A DNA stretch of 64,000 nt from a virus (Duplodnaviria > Caudoviricetes): the IMG/VR virus record IMGVR_UViG_2513237176_000002. One strand, 5' to 3'. Both the position numbers and the translations under genes were made by a program. Below the pieces are notes generated by a model that saw nothing but the letters and a program-made list of their open reading frames with translations, had not been told where the DNA came from and made no database searches. This document shows, one piece after another, positions 18,128 to 27,959 of the stretch (the first letter of the stretch is position 1; every line of letters begins with the position of its first letter).

Positions 18128-18352
18128 ATGAGCGACGTCTTCCGACTGTGCGTTGAAACCACTGACGGAGCCTCAACAAACATTGACAAGGTGCCAGCAA
18201 CAGCCGTGATGGAAACGATGAATCGCTACGTCAACCGGCTGGGAGACGGTTTGTCGTTCATCGCCGCAGCTGGTCCCGTGTCATGGACCTGGGACGAGAT
18301 TCACGCCATCCGCCTGGTGCGGGGCAGCTACACCGTCGAGGAGTATCCGTAA
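18128..18352 (+). CDS. Hypothetical protein (74 aa)
   Basis: GAAGG RBS; followed by hairpins. Confidence 0.55.
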   Translation: MSDVFRLCVETTDGASTNIDKVPATAVMETMNRYVNRLGDGLSFIAAAGPVSWTWDEIHAIRLVRGSYTVEEYP

Positions 18353-18460
18353 GGTGGCCGACCCGCTTCGGTCGGAGTGGCAACTTAAACTTCGCCGCGG
18401 CGCGGTACGGTGACCATTCAACACGTGGGGGAAGCTGGACCGAGCTTCCCCGGCCAAACC

Positions 18461-18844
18461 TCATTCTGCGTTCGCCCTGCCGTTCGATGACCCCACCTCG
18501 TCGGTGCGGACCATCTCCATCAGCGTCTCCCGCGACACATGCGGCGACAGCACCGCCGCCCGCCAGCGCCGCATCAAACCCATCAGCTCAGCGAGGCTGG
18601 TCCTCAGATCGGCCATCTCCTCCCGTGCCTGCCGGGCCTCCTCGCGGGCCTCCTTCGCCTCCTTAGTCACCTCCTTGACCCGCTCCTGCAGCGGCTCCAC
18701 CAGGGTGAGCGCCGTATCAGTGAGCACATCTGCAGCCTCGGCCCGGATTTTGCGGCGCTGGAACACCGATCCGACCAGTGCCCCGAGCCCGCCGATGCCG
18801 CCGAGCACACCGATGACCGCCGTGACGATCTGCGTGGCGTCCAC
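18461..18844 (-). CDS. Lysis-region TM + coiled-coil protein
   Basis: N-terminal TM, heptad coil; downstream of endolysin. Confidence 0.75.
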   Translation of the reverse strand: MDATQIVTAVIGVLGGIGGLGALVGSVFQRRKIRAEAADVLTDTALTLVEPLQERVKEVTKEAKEAREEARQAREEMADLRTSLAELMGLMRRWRAAVLSPHVSRETLMEMVRTDEVGSSNGRANAE

Positions 18845-18846
18845 GG

Positions 18847-19317
18847 CTACTTCTCCTCGGCGAGCAACGTCACCTCAGCGGTGGTACCGGTACGGGCCGC
18901 TTTGGTGGCCCGGCCGATGTCCCGGACGATCTGCGCCACCCGCGCCCACGACGCGACCGCGATGGCGCCGATGAAGCTTCCGGCGGTGATGGCCTGTGAC
19001 CCGGACACGGTGACGAGGGCGATCGTGTACATGGTGGTGGCGGCGGCGAGGACGAATACCCCGATCGACTCCAGCTTGAGGCTGGCGTACAGGGTGCCCG
19101 GCCAGAACACCCCGGTAAGACCGACAACGCCGCCGATCAGCAGCTCGTACGTCCAGATCTGCTGCACCACCGGATGCAGCGCGGACGCCACCGAACGCGG
19201 CGACAACTGCATGGTGAGGAGCGTGACCCCGGCCAGCGCGGCAGCAGCGAGGGTCATCACCTCGAACGGGTGCCGGCCGGTCACCACCTGAATTGGGCGC
19301 AGGAACCGGTTCGGCAT
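18847..19317 (-). CDS. Lysis-region 4-TM protein (holin-like)
   Basis: HPFE start and four TMs; coupled to endolysin. Confidence 0.7.
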   Translation of the reverse strand: MPNRFLRPIQVVTGRHPFEVMTLAAAALAGVTLLTMQLSPRSVASALHPVVQQIWTYELLIGGVVGLTGVFWPGTLYASLKLESIGVFVLAAATTMYTIALVTVSGSQAITAGSFIGAIAVASWARVAQIVRDIGRATKAARTGTTAEVTLLAEEK

Positions 19318-20351
19318 CAGGCGGCGAGCATCTCGCGCAGCGCCCCGGTGACCGCGGACTGCAGTTCGTCGGCGCTGATGTCGTCCCGGTCGGCGGGCAG
19401 CATCCCGATCACTGCGGCGGCAACCGTCGGCGCGAGAGCCGCCGCGAGCGCCTTCTCGTCCACGAAGTCGAGCTTCGCGACCGCGGCGATCCCTGCCTGC
19501 GCGTTGCCGGCGTAGCCGCGGGCCGCGATCGTCGCGTTGTAGATGTTCGCGATGTATGACTCCGCCGACCAGTGGGTGTTCGGTGAGTTGTCCGGGTTCT
19601 TCGACCCGGCCGGGGCGCCGAGCACGCCGTCGGTGCGGAACACGGCGGCGGCGAGTGCGGCTTTGACGTCGGTGTCCTTGAGCAGCGTCAGGAACTCGTC
19701 CTTGGTCATGGTGTCATCCTCCTGTTGCTGCGGGGCGATGGATTGCTGCCATTCGACGTACGTCCAGCCCATGTCGATCGTCAGGGCCTTCCACATGTGC
19801 GGGAAGGAACCGACGATGGCGCGGCGGAACGAGTCGTGCCGGTGCCAGGTGTGCGTGGTGTCGCCGCTGGTCTCGTCGTCGTCGCGGTACTCGTTGTAGC
19901 CCTCGATGACACGGTCGTTGTCGATCTGCCCGAGGGTGTACGCGTAGACGTCGTCCGGGCGCAGATCGTCCGGGTCCCGCATCGCAGTGATCAGGCGCTT
20001 GGTGTACAGCGAGATCGTGCGGTAGTCGCCGCGCTGGGCGTCGCGGAACGTCCAGTCGTGTGCCGAGGTGAAGTTCTTCCACCACGGTCCTGTCCGGTCG
20101 GGTGCCCGCCGGATCGAATGGTCGGTACGACTATCGCCGAGCCCGTGATCCGGAAGCCGCGAGCCGTACGAGTGGTAGCCCGGCTTCAGGGCCAGCGTGC
20201 CGCCGTTCTCCGACTTCTCCGGCTCCAGCGCCTCGCGCATGCAGACCAGCCACCACAGGGCGTCCGTCATCCGCTGCGGGTTCGGGTTGGGCCGGGGGAG
20301 TGTGAAGTCCGGCGGAGCGCCGCGGGAGTGTGTGCGCGGGTGCATGACCAT
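19317..20351 (-). CDS. Endolysin, M15/LAS-type Zn peptidase-like
   Basis: GYH...SAHD...HTWHRHDS metal ligands; position after tail genes. Confidence 0.7.
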   Translation of the reverse strand: MVMHPRTHSRGAPPDFTLPRPNPNPQRMTDALWWLVCMREALEPEKSENGGTLALKPGYHSYGSRLPDHGLGDSRTDHSIRRAPDRTGPWWKNFTSAHDWTFRDAQRGDYRTISLYTKRLITAMRDPDDLRPDDVYAYTLGQIDNDRVIEGYNEYRDDDETSGDTTHTWHRHDSFRRAIVGSFPHMWKALTIDMGWTYVEWQQSIAPQQQEDDTMTKDEFLTLLKDTDVKAALAAAVFRTDGVLGAPAGSKNPDNSPNTHWSAESYIANIYNATIAARGYAGNAQAGIAAVAKLDFVDEKALAAALAPTVAAAVIGMLPADRDDISADELQSAVTGALREMLAA

Positions 20352-20542
20352 CAGGCCGCCTCCATCCGCTCCACCCGCCGGGCGGTGTCGATGACTGCGT
20401 CGGCGGTGTCGGCGTGCCACTGGTCGTGGATGCTGCGCCCCTTGTCGGGGATCGCGGTGCCGCAGATGACGCACGGGTAGAACGCGGTGTCGGTGGGCAG
20501 CGGGCGCGGGCCGATGCCGATGAAGTCGCCGCCGCTACTCAC
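20351..20542 (-). CDS. Small Zn-finger protein (63 aa)
   Basis: CVIC...HDQWH; GTG start overlapping upstream stop. Confidence 0.6.
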   Translation of the reverse strand: MSSGGDFIGIGPRPLPTDTAFYPCVICGTAIPDKGRSIHDQWHADTADAVIDTARRVERMEAA

Positions 20543-20711
20543 GGTGCTCTTCGAACCCGTTGAAGGCGGGCTGGGCGGCCTGGGCGAGCGCGGTGAGCCG
20601 GTCGATTTCGCGTTGCTGCATGGCGATGATCGCCGCCTGCTCGGCCAGTTTAAATTCGATGGGATAGTCCTGCTGGATCTGGCCCAGGAGGACTGCGGGG
20701 TCAAGCTGCAT
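20535..20711 (-). CDS. Small coiled-coil protein (58 aa)
   Basis: AGGAG RBS; MQLDPAVLLGQIQQDYP... Confidence 0.6.
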   Translation of the reverse strand: MQLDPAVLLGQIQQDYPIEFKLAEQAAIIAMQQREIDRLTALAQAAQPAFNGFEEHRE

Positions 20712-20720
20712 GCGGGTCTC

Positions 20721-21164
20721 CTAGCTCGACAGCAGTTCGATGAACAAAAATCCGGGGGCGGCTGCGGAGCCGCGGACCTGATGGTTCGCGGAGCCCGAGT
20801 TGCGTTGCGAGGTCAGGGCGAACGTCTTCGACCCGGACGCAACGGCCGTGTATTCCGCGTGGATGCGGCAGGTGAAGCCGACACCGGAGTTCGACAGGAT
20901 CGCGTACTGGCCGATGTTGAGCTGGGTGCCGCTCACGCCGTCTTCGCGGATCCGCAGTTGGTTCGTTTCATTCACCGGGAAGGTGCCGGTACTGATCGAC
21001 AGGCGGACGTCAGCGACAATCGCGTACGTCCAGCCGGCGACCAGCACCCCAGCGACGGTGAGAACCGACGTTTCGGCGGTGAACGTGGCACTGTCGGCGG
21101 TGAGTTTCGCAGTGTTAACGCGGCGCGCAAGTAGGGCCGCCGAGAGGACTTGGCCGGCTGGCAT
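20721..21164 (-). CDS. Minor tail protein
   Basis: AGQVLSAALL N-terminus, beta-rich; AGGAGG RBS. Confidence 0.7.
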   Translation of the reverse strand: MPAGQVLSAALLARRVNTAKLTADSATFTAETSVLTVAGVLVAGWTYAIVADVRLSISTGTFPVNETNQLRIREDGVSGTQLNIGQYAILSNSGVGFTCRIHAEYTAVASGSKTFALTSQRNSGSANHQVRGSAAAPGFLFIELLSS

Positions 21165-21172
21165 GCCACCTC

Positions 21173-24019
21173 CTACAGGGCCACATATGCCGGGTCGGCG
21201 AGCGATACTCGCGCCCCGCCCACATGGGGTTTGTTGACATTGTTTTTGGACCTGACCGCACCGGTGACGGTTTGCAGGTAGGGTCCAGTGCCGGTCGGGG
21301 CGGACATGCCGGCTGCGGGGACACCGATGACTTCACCGTCGATGTCCAGGTCGTAGCCGCCCGCGGTCGCCCATGTCTCCATCCGGCTCACCGTTTTGAT
21401 GACGAACGTGGTGGCCGAGGCGTTCAGTGCCGCGTTGAGGGTGCTCGACAGTGAGTCCAGCAGCGAACCAGGGTCGTCGACGACCGCGACCCGCCACGGC
21501 TCAGCTGGATCCGTGTCCACCGAGGCAGCCCACGACCGTGGCGCGAGGGTCTCGGATCCGCCGACGATAACCTGGTCGATGGTGTCGACCCCGGCGATCG
21601 TCGGCTGGTTGAGGCGCTGAATGCGGGAACCGGGCCGGCACAGCAGCCAGTCGTCGATCAGGTCGGGGTTGGCGGCCAGGTCAATGCTGGCGGCCGGATA
21701 GGTGGCGCCTTGCGCGTCCGCGGTCAGGTGGACGCGCCAGCGGGCGTGATCGCCGAGCTGGGTGTCCGACAGCAGATCCAGCGTGGCCTTGCCGGGGATG
21801 GTGCCGCGCCGCTGCCGGTAAGTGGTGTCCGCTCCCCAGGTCGCCGACGACCCACCGGTCCGCTCAACCGTCCAGTAGTTCGGGGCCCGCGAGTTGAGGA
21901 CTGGCACCAGCACTTGGGCGGGGTCGGTGCCCGCGGACCGGGCGTACGTGCCGAGGTCGATCACCATTGTCGGGTCCGGGTTGTAGCGGGCCGCCCGCGG
22001 CACCATCGTGTACCCGAACGCGTCTTCGTGCAGGATGGCCCCGGACTCGGCCTCTGCCGCCGCCTTGACCAAGTCCACGAAAGTGCCAGGCTGCTGAGTG
22101 TTGAGCTGGGTGATGCCGTCTGCCGGGGGAGTGGCGGTCACCTCGAACGGCACCCGTTCCTCAGCGGACAGCCGCCCAGCCCGCTTGTGGGCGGGTTCGC
22201 CCCACCAGCCGCGGTCCGCACGGTACTGGCCGTACTCGTCGACCTTGAACGGCAGCCCCGAACTGTCCGTGTTGCGCACCAGCAGGTGACCCATGATGAA
22301 CTTCAGGCCCGCCTGGTTGGTGGAGGCGGTGACGTTCGCCCGGTCCGGGTTCAAGGAGATCGGCCCGAGTACGGAGCCGAGGGTGCCGGCAACCGTGCCG
22401 CTGCCCCACGTGTTCGCATTGAGCAGGATGTCGACGTCGATGTTGCCGCCGTCTTGGACCATGACGACGTCGATGAACATCCAGCCGACGAAGTTGTGGT
22501 TCGCGACGGCGACGGTGGTGTTGGTGCCGGCCTGCGTGTTGTAGGCGCGGACGATGTGGCCGGGCGTGTTGGTGGAGATCAACGCCCACCGGTCCCAGGT
22601 GCCGGTCGTTGACCATTCCAGCAGCCGGATTTCGCTGGTTGCTGGTAGGACGGCTTGGGTGAACTGGTTGACGGAGACGGTGACCGTCCACGCATTAGAG
22701 GTGACGAGGTTGGTGACCGACCCGGCCAGGCGGGCACCGGCTGCCAGGGACACCAGGTTTTTGGTGCCGTAGTTCGCCAGTTCGGCGTCGTCGGGAACAC
22801 CGGTGCTGGCATCGAACACGACGGGGCCGGTGGGCAGCAGCGGTGGTTGCCCTTCCAGGGCGGACGCGGCCTGCGTGGACCGTTCAGCGTCTTCGAGCGG
22901 CCAGTAGGCAACCGGCTCCACCGCGCCTTTCTGCAGGGCGCGGCGCAGCGGTGACCACTCGGGTGCGTCCTTGCCTTCCAACCGGGTGCCGACCCCGCCC
23001 AGTTCGATCTGGGCGACGCTGTGCGCCGAGCCGTCAGCAAGCGGCAGGAAGGTGGTGCGGACGTCGGCGATGTAGCCTTCGAACCGCGAGTATTTGGGCT
23101 GCTCCACCCGGAAGTTGTCGACGGTGAACACGTACGGCAGCGCGTTCGTGGTTGACGCGAAAATCCAGGCCTGGAAGCCCAGGTAGTCCTGCCGCCCGGT
23201 CTGCACGGTCACCGTGTAGTCGATCGGCCAGTCGGAAGGTTCGGTGCCGGATGCCGCCCAGGCGCGCATCCGTACCCGTTCGCCGACGACGAGGAGCCGC
23301 AGCCGGATCATCTGCCCGGCCGCGTAGGTGAGGCCCGGCTGGCTCGCGGCAGCCAGATCCGACGTGTTGTGCCGCAGCCGTAGCCCGATGGTGCCGCCGG
23401 TGCCGAAGTCGAGGGCCGCCCACAGGTTGGTGTTCGCGGCGGTGCCCCGGAAGTAGATGCCGGCGCCGACCGCGTTGCCGACCGGAATGGCGGGAACCGC
23501 GACGTCGATGGTGGCGTCGATGTCGCGGTGCGGCACCACCGCCCGCGCCCGGCGGATCACGTCTTTCGCGGTGAACGTGATCTGCCCTTGGGTGCCGTTG
23601 GTGCTCATCGCGGCGGGGCTCGAATACGACCACATTGTCGGCCCGACGTCGGCGGGTCCGATTGAGTTGGTTTGCGGGGTGCCGGTGAACGTGTGCAACA
23701 CGATCGGACCCGGCTTGGTGCGCACTTCCAGTTTGAACGGGGTGCCGGCGTCCACGTACGGCCACCACTGCGAGCCGGGATGCAGCGCGGTCAGCTGGCC
23801 GTCGTCGTTGAGCAGGTGCACGGTTGCGGACGCCGACCGGCTGCTGGACCCGCCGACGATCACACCCCACTGGATGGTGATCGGTGTCGGGAGCAGCCGG
23901 TCGGACAGGTCCGTCCACGTCCACGTGTCCGGGTCGGCGGTCAGGTCGGCACCGAACGCCGCGCTGGCGGTTATTTCCAGGTCGGCGCTGCCGGGGAACT
24001 CGCCGGTCGGGGATGTCAC
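21173..24019 (-). CDS. Large minor tail / tail-tip protein with LamG-like domain
   Basis: After tape measure; AAFGADLTADP..WTWTDLS, PVAYWPLED motifs. Confidence 0.85.
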   Translation of the reverse strand: MTSPTGEFPGSADLEITASAAFGADLTADPDTWTWTDLSDRLLPTPITIQWGVIVGGSSSRSASATVHLLNDDGQLTALHPGSQWWPYVDAGTPFKLEVRTKPGPIVLHTFTGTPQTNSIGPADVGPTMWSYSSPAAMSTNGTQGQITFTAKDVIRRARAVVPHRDIDATIDVAVPAIPVGNAVGAGIYFRGTAANTNLWAALDFGTGGTIGLRLRHNTSDLAAASQPGLTYAAGQMIRLRLLVVGERVRMRAWAASGTEPSDWPIDYTVTVQTGRQDYLGFQAWIFASTTNALPYVFTVDNFRVEQPKYSRFEGYIADVRTTFLPLADGSAHSVAQIELGGVGTRLEGKDAPEWSPLRRALQKGAVEPVAYWPLEDAERSTQAASALEGQPPLLPTGPVVFDASTGVPDDAELANYGTKNLVSLAAGARLAGSVTNLVTSNAWTVTVSVNQFTQAVLPATSEIRLLEWSTTGTWDRWALISTNTPGHIVRAYNTQAGTNTTVAVANHNFVGWMFIDVVMVQDGGNIDVDILLNANTWGSGTVAGTLGSVLGPISLNPDRANVTASTNQAGLKFIMGHLLVRNTDSSGLPFKVDEYGQYRADRGWWGEPAHKRAGRLSAEERVPFEVTATPPADGITQLNTQQPGTFVDLVKAAAEAESGAILHEDAFGYTMVPRAARYNPDPTMVIDLGTYARSAGTDPAQVLVPVLNSRAPNYWTVERTGGSSATWGADTTYRQRRGTIPGKATLDLLSDTQLGDHARWRVHLTADAQGATYPAASIDLAANPDLIDDWLLCRPGSRIQRLNQPTIAGVDTIDQVIVGGSETLAPRSWAASVDTDPAEPWRVAVVDDPGSLLDSLSSTLNAALNASATTFVIKTVSRMETWATAGGYDLDIDGEVIGVPAAGMSAPTGTGPYLQTVTGAVRSKNNVNKPHVGGARVSLADPAYVAL

Positions 24020-24524
24020 CAGCCCGCCCCCTTACTGCCAGGAGCCGGAGACTGATCCATGAAATAGGTCCAGAGCAGCGGATCGGCGCTCTGGCCCACC
24101 CCCGTTGGTCCGTTCCGGCACGCCATGACCCACCGGCTGCAATTCGAGCCAGAGGCTACGAACATCAGGCTTTAACAGTGGGCGTCTTCATGACGCAGTA
24201 GTGACTCCTTTAGATCCCAGCTGCACGCATGGATTCCCCTCGAATGCCGCAATGACCTGCACGTTTTCCTGTGCTGCCCCATGTCCCGCCAGCTGCTCAG
24301 AAGACCACGTCTCGCTATCCGCGACGGAGCGGAGTACCTCTCTGGCAGGGCCAAGAAAGGGCGGTTATGCGCGAGAGGTCCACCAGGCGGCTGTACAACT
24401 ATGTCCAGGTCGGGGCGGCACCCGAGCGACTACTCGCCTGTCAGCGCTGGAGACGAGAAGCGCTCCAGCCTCACCCTCCAGGCAGGAGGGCCCTCCAGGC
24501 AGGAGGACTACACGAGGAGGCGCG

Positions 24525-24725
24525 ATGCGGAAGCACCGCACCGGCCCTGCGAAACACCGAAAGCGCGAGGCTGCGCGACGCCAACGGAAGACGGCGCCGC
24601 AAACGACCCCTCAAGGCAATCGGTGGCGTCTCAACACTGAGGCGTCGGTCGTGGTGATGAGGTTCGCCACGGCGATGGTGCGGATGTTCCACACCATCAA
24701 CGGAGAGGGTCCCGCCGGCTACTAA
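24525..24725 (+). CDS. Small basic protein (66 aa) in an insertion within the tail operon
   Basis: GAGGAGG RBS; Arg/Lys-rich N-terminus. Confidence 0.5.
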   Translation: MRKHRTGPAKHRKREAARRQRKTAPQTTPQGNRWRLNTEASVVVMRFATAMVRMFHTINGEGPAGY

Positions 24726-24849
24726 CAACCGGCGAGACCCCGTTGAGGCGGGGCGCCCGAAAGCTTCGCGGGCGGAAGGGCGCTCCGTTCCTCCTCACCA
24801 TCGCATGCTCCCAGCGATGTCAGGCGGTCAGAACTGAAAGCCGAGGGGG

Positions 24850-27800
24850 TTAGCTACCGAACGCCAACTGCGGGTCACCCCGATACGAGAACTTGATCAG
24901 GTTGCGGAAGGCGTCCAGGACTTGATCCCCGGTGGCCCCCGACACCCAGCGGGCCTCGAGAGTGCGGGAATCCGCCACCGCGAGGCTGCGGGTGATCGCC
25001 GCATCCGCGTCGAACCCGAGCCCCATCGCCGCGTCATCAATCTGCGGCAACGCGGACGCGGCCAGACGTTCGGCTGCCGCCTGCACCAGGCCGGCGTCGG
25101 CGTCGATTCCCAGGGCAAGGCCCTCCGGTACACCGCGGCCCAGCTTCGCTGCCTCTTTCGACGGCGAGTTGATGCCGAGTGCCGCTTGGATGGCGTTGGT
25201 GACATAGTTCTGCGCGAAGTTCGCCACCCGGTTCCACAGCCACGACGACAGTTCGGCGATGCCGTTCCACAGGCCGCGGACCACGTTGCGGCCGGCGGAC
25301 ACTAGCCACGAGCTGGCGTTCGACACCGCCCCGGTGACCTGGCTGCGGAGCTGTCCGGCCCTCGAGCGCAGGTCGCCGAGCCGGTTGGAGATCCCCGACA
25401 TGAGCCCGCCGACCGCGTTGCGGCCGGTGCCGGCCAGCCACGACCCGGCGCCCGCGACAGCGTTCGTGACGGTCGTCTTCAGCTGCTCGGCTCGGCTGCG
25501 CAGCGACCCCAGCAGATTGGAGATCCCGTTCAGGAAGCCGCGCACCACGTCGGCGCCGATGCTGGCGAACACGGTGCTCGGGGACTTGATCCCGAACAGG
25601 TTCTTGACCGCGCTGATAACGCCGTTGAACGCCGCCTTCACCACGGCCTTGACGATCGGGCCTTGCGCGACGATCCCGGCGAGGAAACCGGTGACGATCC
25701 CCGCCGCGATGTCCGCGCCGAGGCTTTCGGACTCGTCGGACGAGAACGCGGACCGGATCTGCTCATACAGGCCAGTGATCTTGTTGCCGAGTTCGATGCC
25801 CTCCGAGATCGCCGCCTGCACCTTGCCGATGAAGTCTTGGATCTTCTGCTGGTTCTGCGGGTTCGCCAGGTAGTCGGCGACCTTCTGCAAGCCGATCCGG
25901 AACTTCTCCAGCGGGGACTCGCCGGGGTTTGTCGCCTGCGACCCGGTGATGATCTCGAAGATGGAGCCGATGATCGAAGCGACCGTGTTACCGATCGCGA
26001 AGATCTCCCGCAAAGCCTGGCTAGCCCGCTCGAAGAAGTCCTCAAGGCCGCCGGACCGTTCGCCCTGCTCCACCCAATCCGAGAACCGGGTAACGATCTC
26101 GGCCAGGCCCTCGCCGAGCTCCTTCAGGAACGGCGCCGACGCCTTCGCTAGCCGCCCGAACGCCGGAACCAGCTTGTTCGCGACCGCGTCGAGCAGCGGC
26201 TCCAGGCCTTGCCGGAAACCCTCCGCCGCGGCCTGGATGTTGTCCATGAACTCGGTCGTGGACAGCTGCGAGCCGAGATCCTTGAAGAAGCCGTTGAACG
26301 TGTCCGCGTACGCGCCGAGCGTCGTCTTCAGCCGCGGGATCCAGGCGTTCCCGAGGTTCGTGACCGTGCGGTCCAAGCCCTGGAACAGGCGCTGCTGCAC
26401 GTCCAGCCGCAGATCGTCGAACGCGGGCTTCAACGCCTTGATCGCGTTGACGAACTTCTGCGCGGCCGGTGCCAGCTTGGTGACCTCCTTCGCCACCCCG
26501 CCGCCGCCCGAGGCGACCTTCTGCTGCGACTGGGCAAGAGAATCCTGCGCCGACTTCAGGCCATCGGTTGCGGACTTGACGCCGTCGAGGGCCGCTTTGA
26601 CCCCGTCCTGCGCCGACGCGAGGGAGTCCTGGGCGTCGATGACCCCGAGCTGGGCGTCCCGGACACCCTTGAGAGCTTCTTCCTGATCTCGGTAGGCGTC
26701 CTGAACCTCGTCGGACCCCTCCACGCCTTTCCGGTTCGCTTCGTCGGTGGCCTCACCGAGATCCCCAGCAGTGTCCTTCGCCTCTTCGAGCGCCAACTGG
26801 GCGCGCTGATAGGCGAGCTCAGCGCGCTGAATGTCCGGCAGATTGCCGGTCACCCTGGCGGCCTCGAGCTCCCGCAGGGCGTCAGTAACGCCGAGCGCGG
26901 CCTCCTTCTCCGACAGTTGCGCGCCCCGCAACGCCCGGTTGAGGTCTTCGATGTTCTCCGCCGCGTCCTTACGCGCCTGGTTGATGGCCTTCTGCGCGTC
27001 GGTGACCCGCTTCTGCGCCTCCACCACCCGCAGCTGCGCCTCGGCATAGTTGCGTTCCGCCGCAGCCAGCGACCGCTCGGAGGCCTCGACCTGCCGATTT
27101 GCGGCGGCGATACCCCGCCGGGCGGCCTCCACCTGCCGGGCTGCTGCGGCGATCTGCCGGGCCTGGTTGACCGCACCCCCGCCGCCTCCACCGCCCCCAC
27201 CGGTGTCCTTGAACGCCTCCCCGATGCCCTTGAACCCCAGCCCGAGAGTGCCGATCACCGCACCGACACCGGCCAGCGCACCGGGAATCGCCGCAGCAGC
27301 ACCCGCCACCGCCGTGATAGCCGGCACCGCAGCCACAGCCGCGGCGGACAGCGCGGCCATCGCCGCGACAGCGCCAGCGACCAGCCCGACGATGATTCCG
27401 ACGGGCCCGGACGCTGATGACAGCGCGCCGGACAGGCTGCTGCCGAGCTGCACGGCCTGACCGGCACCCCGCGAGATCGCGTCACCGAGGCCGTTGAACG
27501 CGCCCTTCAGCGCAGACACGCCGGGGATGGCGCCGGACAACATCCGGCCAATACCCGACAGCGCCCGCGACGGCTTGTCCGTGTCAACGTCAACTTCGAC
27601 GTCCACGTGAACATCGGCGCCCTGACCGGCGCGCGCCGCCGCGGCACGGACCTGCTCCGGTAGCCGGGACGTGTCCGCATCCACCGGCACGCTCGCCTTG
27701 ACGCCCTGCACCGCCGAGGACACGGCGGCCCGTAGCCTCTGCCCAAGTCCCTGGACGCCGTTTGTGTCGGCAGTGACCGGGACCTGTACCGGCCCGGACT

Positions 27801-27942
27801 GGGTGATGGCGTCCCGGATCGCGCGGGCCGGGTCAAGGTCCCGGAACGCGGCCTCGACCTTGTCTTTTAGGTCTTTGGCGAGCCGCCGCGCATCGGCGAT
27901 GATCTCGACGCTGACTTCGCCGCTGGACACCGGGGAGGTCAT
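24850..27942 (-). CDS. Tape measure protein
   Basis: 1030 aa, Ala-rich helical, GIKSPS/GINSPS motifs; follows tail chaperones. Confidence 0.95.
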   Translation of the reverse strand: MTSPVSSGEVSVEIIADARRLAKDLKDKVEAAFRDLDPARAIRDAITQSGPVQVPVTADTNGVQGLGQRLRAAVSSAVQGVKASVPVDADTSRLPEQVRAAAARAGQGADVHVDVEVDVDTDKPSRALSGIGRMLSGAIPGVSALKGAFNGLGDAISRGAGQAVQLGSSLSGALSSASGPVGIIVGLVAGAVAAMAALSAAAVAAVPAITAVAGAAAAIPGALAGVGAVIGTLGLGFKGIGEAFKDTGGGGGGGGGAVNQARQIAAAARQVEAARRGIAAANRQVEASERSLAAAERNYAEAQLRVVEAQKRVTDAQKAINQARKDAAENIEDLNRALRGAQLSEKEAALGVTDALRELEAARVTGNLPDIQRAELAYQRAQLALEEAKDTAGDLGEATDEANRKGVEGSDEVQDAYRDQEEALKGVRDAQLGVIDAQDSLASAQDGVKAALDGVKSATDGLKSAQDSLAQSQQKVASGGGGVAKEVTKLAPAAQKFVNAIKALKPAFDDLRLDVQQRLFQGLDRTVTNLGNAWIPRLKTTLGAYADTFNGFFKDLGSQLSTTEFMDNIQAAAEGFRQGLEPLLDAVANKLVPAFGRLAKASAPFLKELGEGLAEIVTRFSDWVEQGERSGGLEDFFERASQALREIFAIGNTVASIIGSIFEIITGSQATNPGESPLEKFRIGLQKVADYLANPQNQQKIQDFIGKVQAAISEGIELGNKITGLYEQIRSAFSSDESESLGADIAAGIVTGFLAGIVAQGPIVKAVVKAAFNGVISAVKNLFGIKSPSTVFASIGADVVRGFLNGISNLLGSLRSRAEQLKTTVTNAVAGAGSWLAGTGRNAVGGLMSGISNRLGDLRSRAGQLRSQVTGAVSNASSWLVSAGRNVVRGLWNGIAELSSWLWNRVANFAQNYVTNAIQAALGINSPSKEAAKLGRGVPEGLALGIDADAGLVQAAAERLAASALPQIDDAAMGLGFDADAAITRSLAVADSRTLEARWVSGATGDQVLDAFRNLIKFSYRGDPQLAFGS

Positions 27943-27959
27943 GACACCCCCGGCCCGAC

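Noticed and set aside
20351-20704. 117-aa track ORF as one gene
   Set aside because: Better explained as two coupled small genes (20535-20711 with RBS, and 20351-20542)
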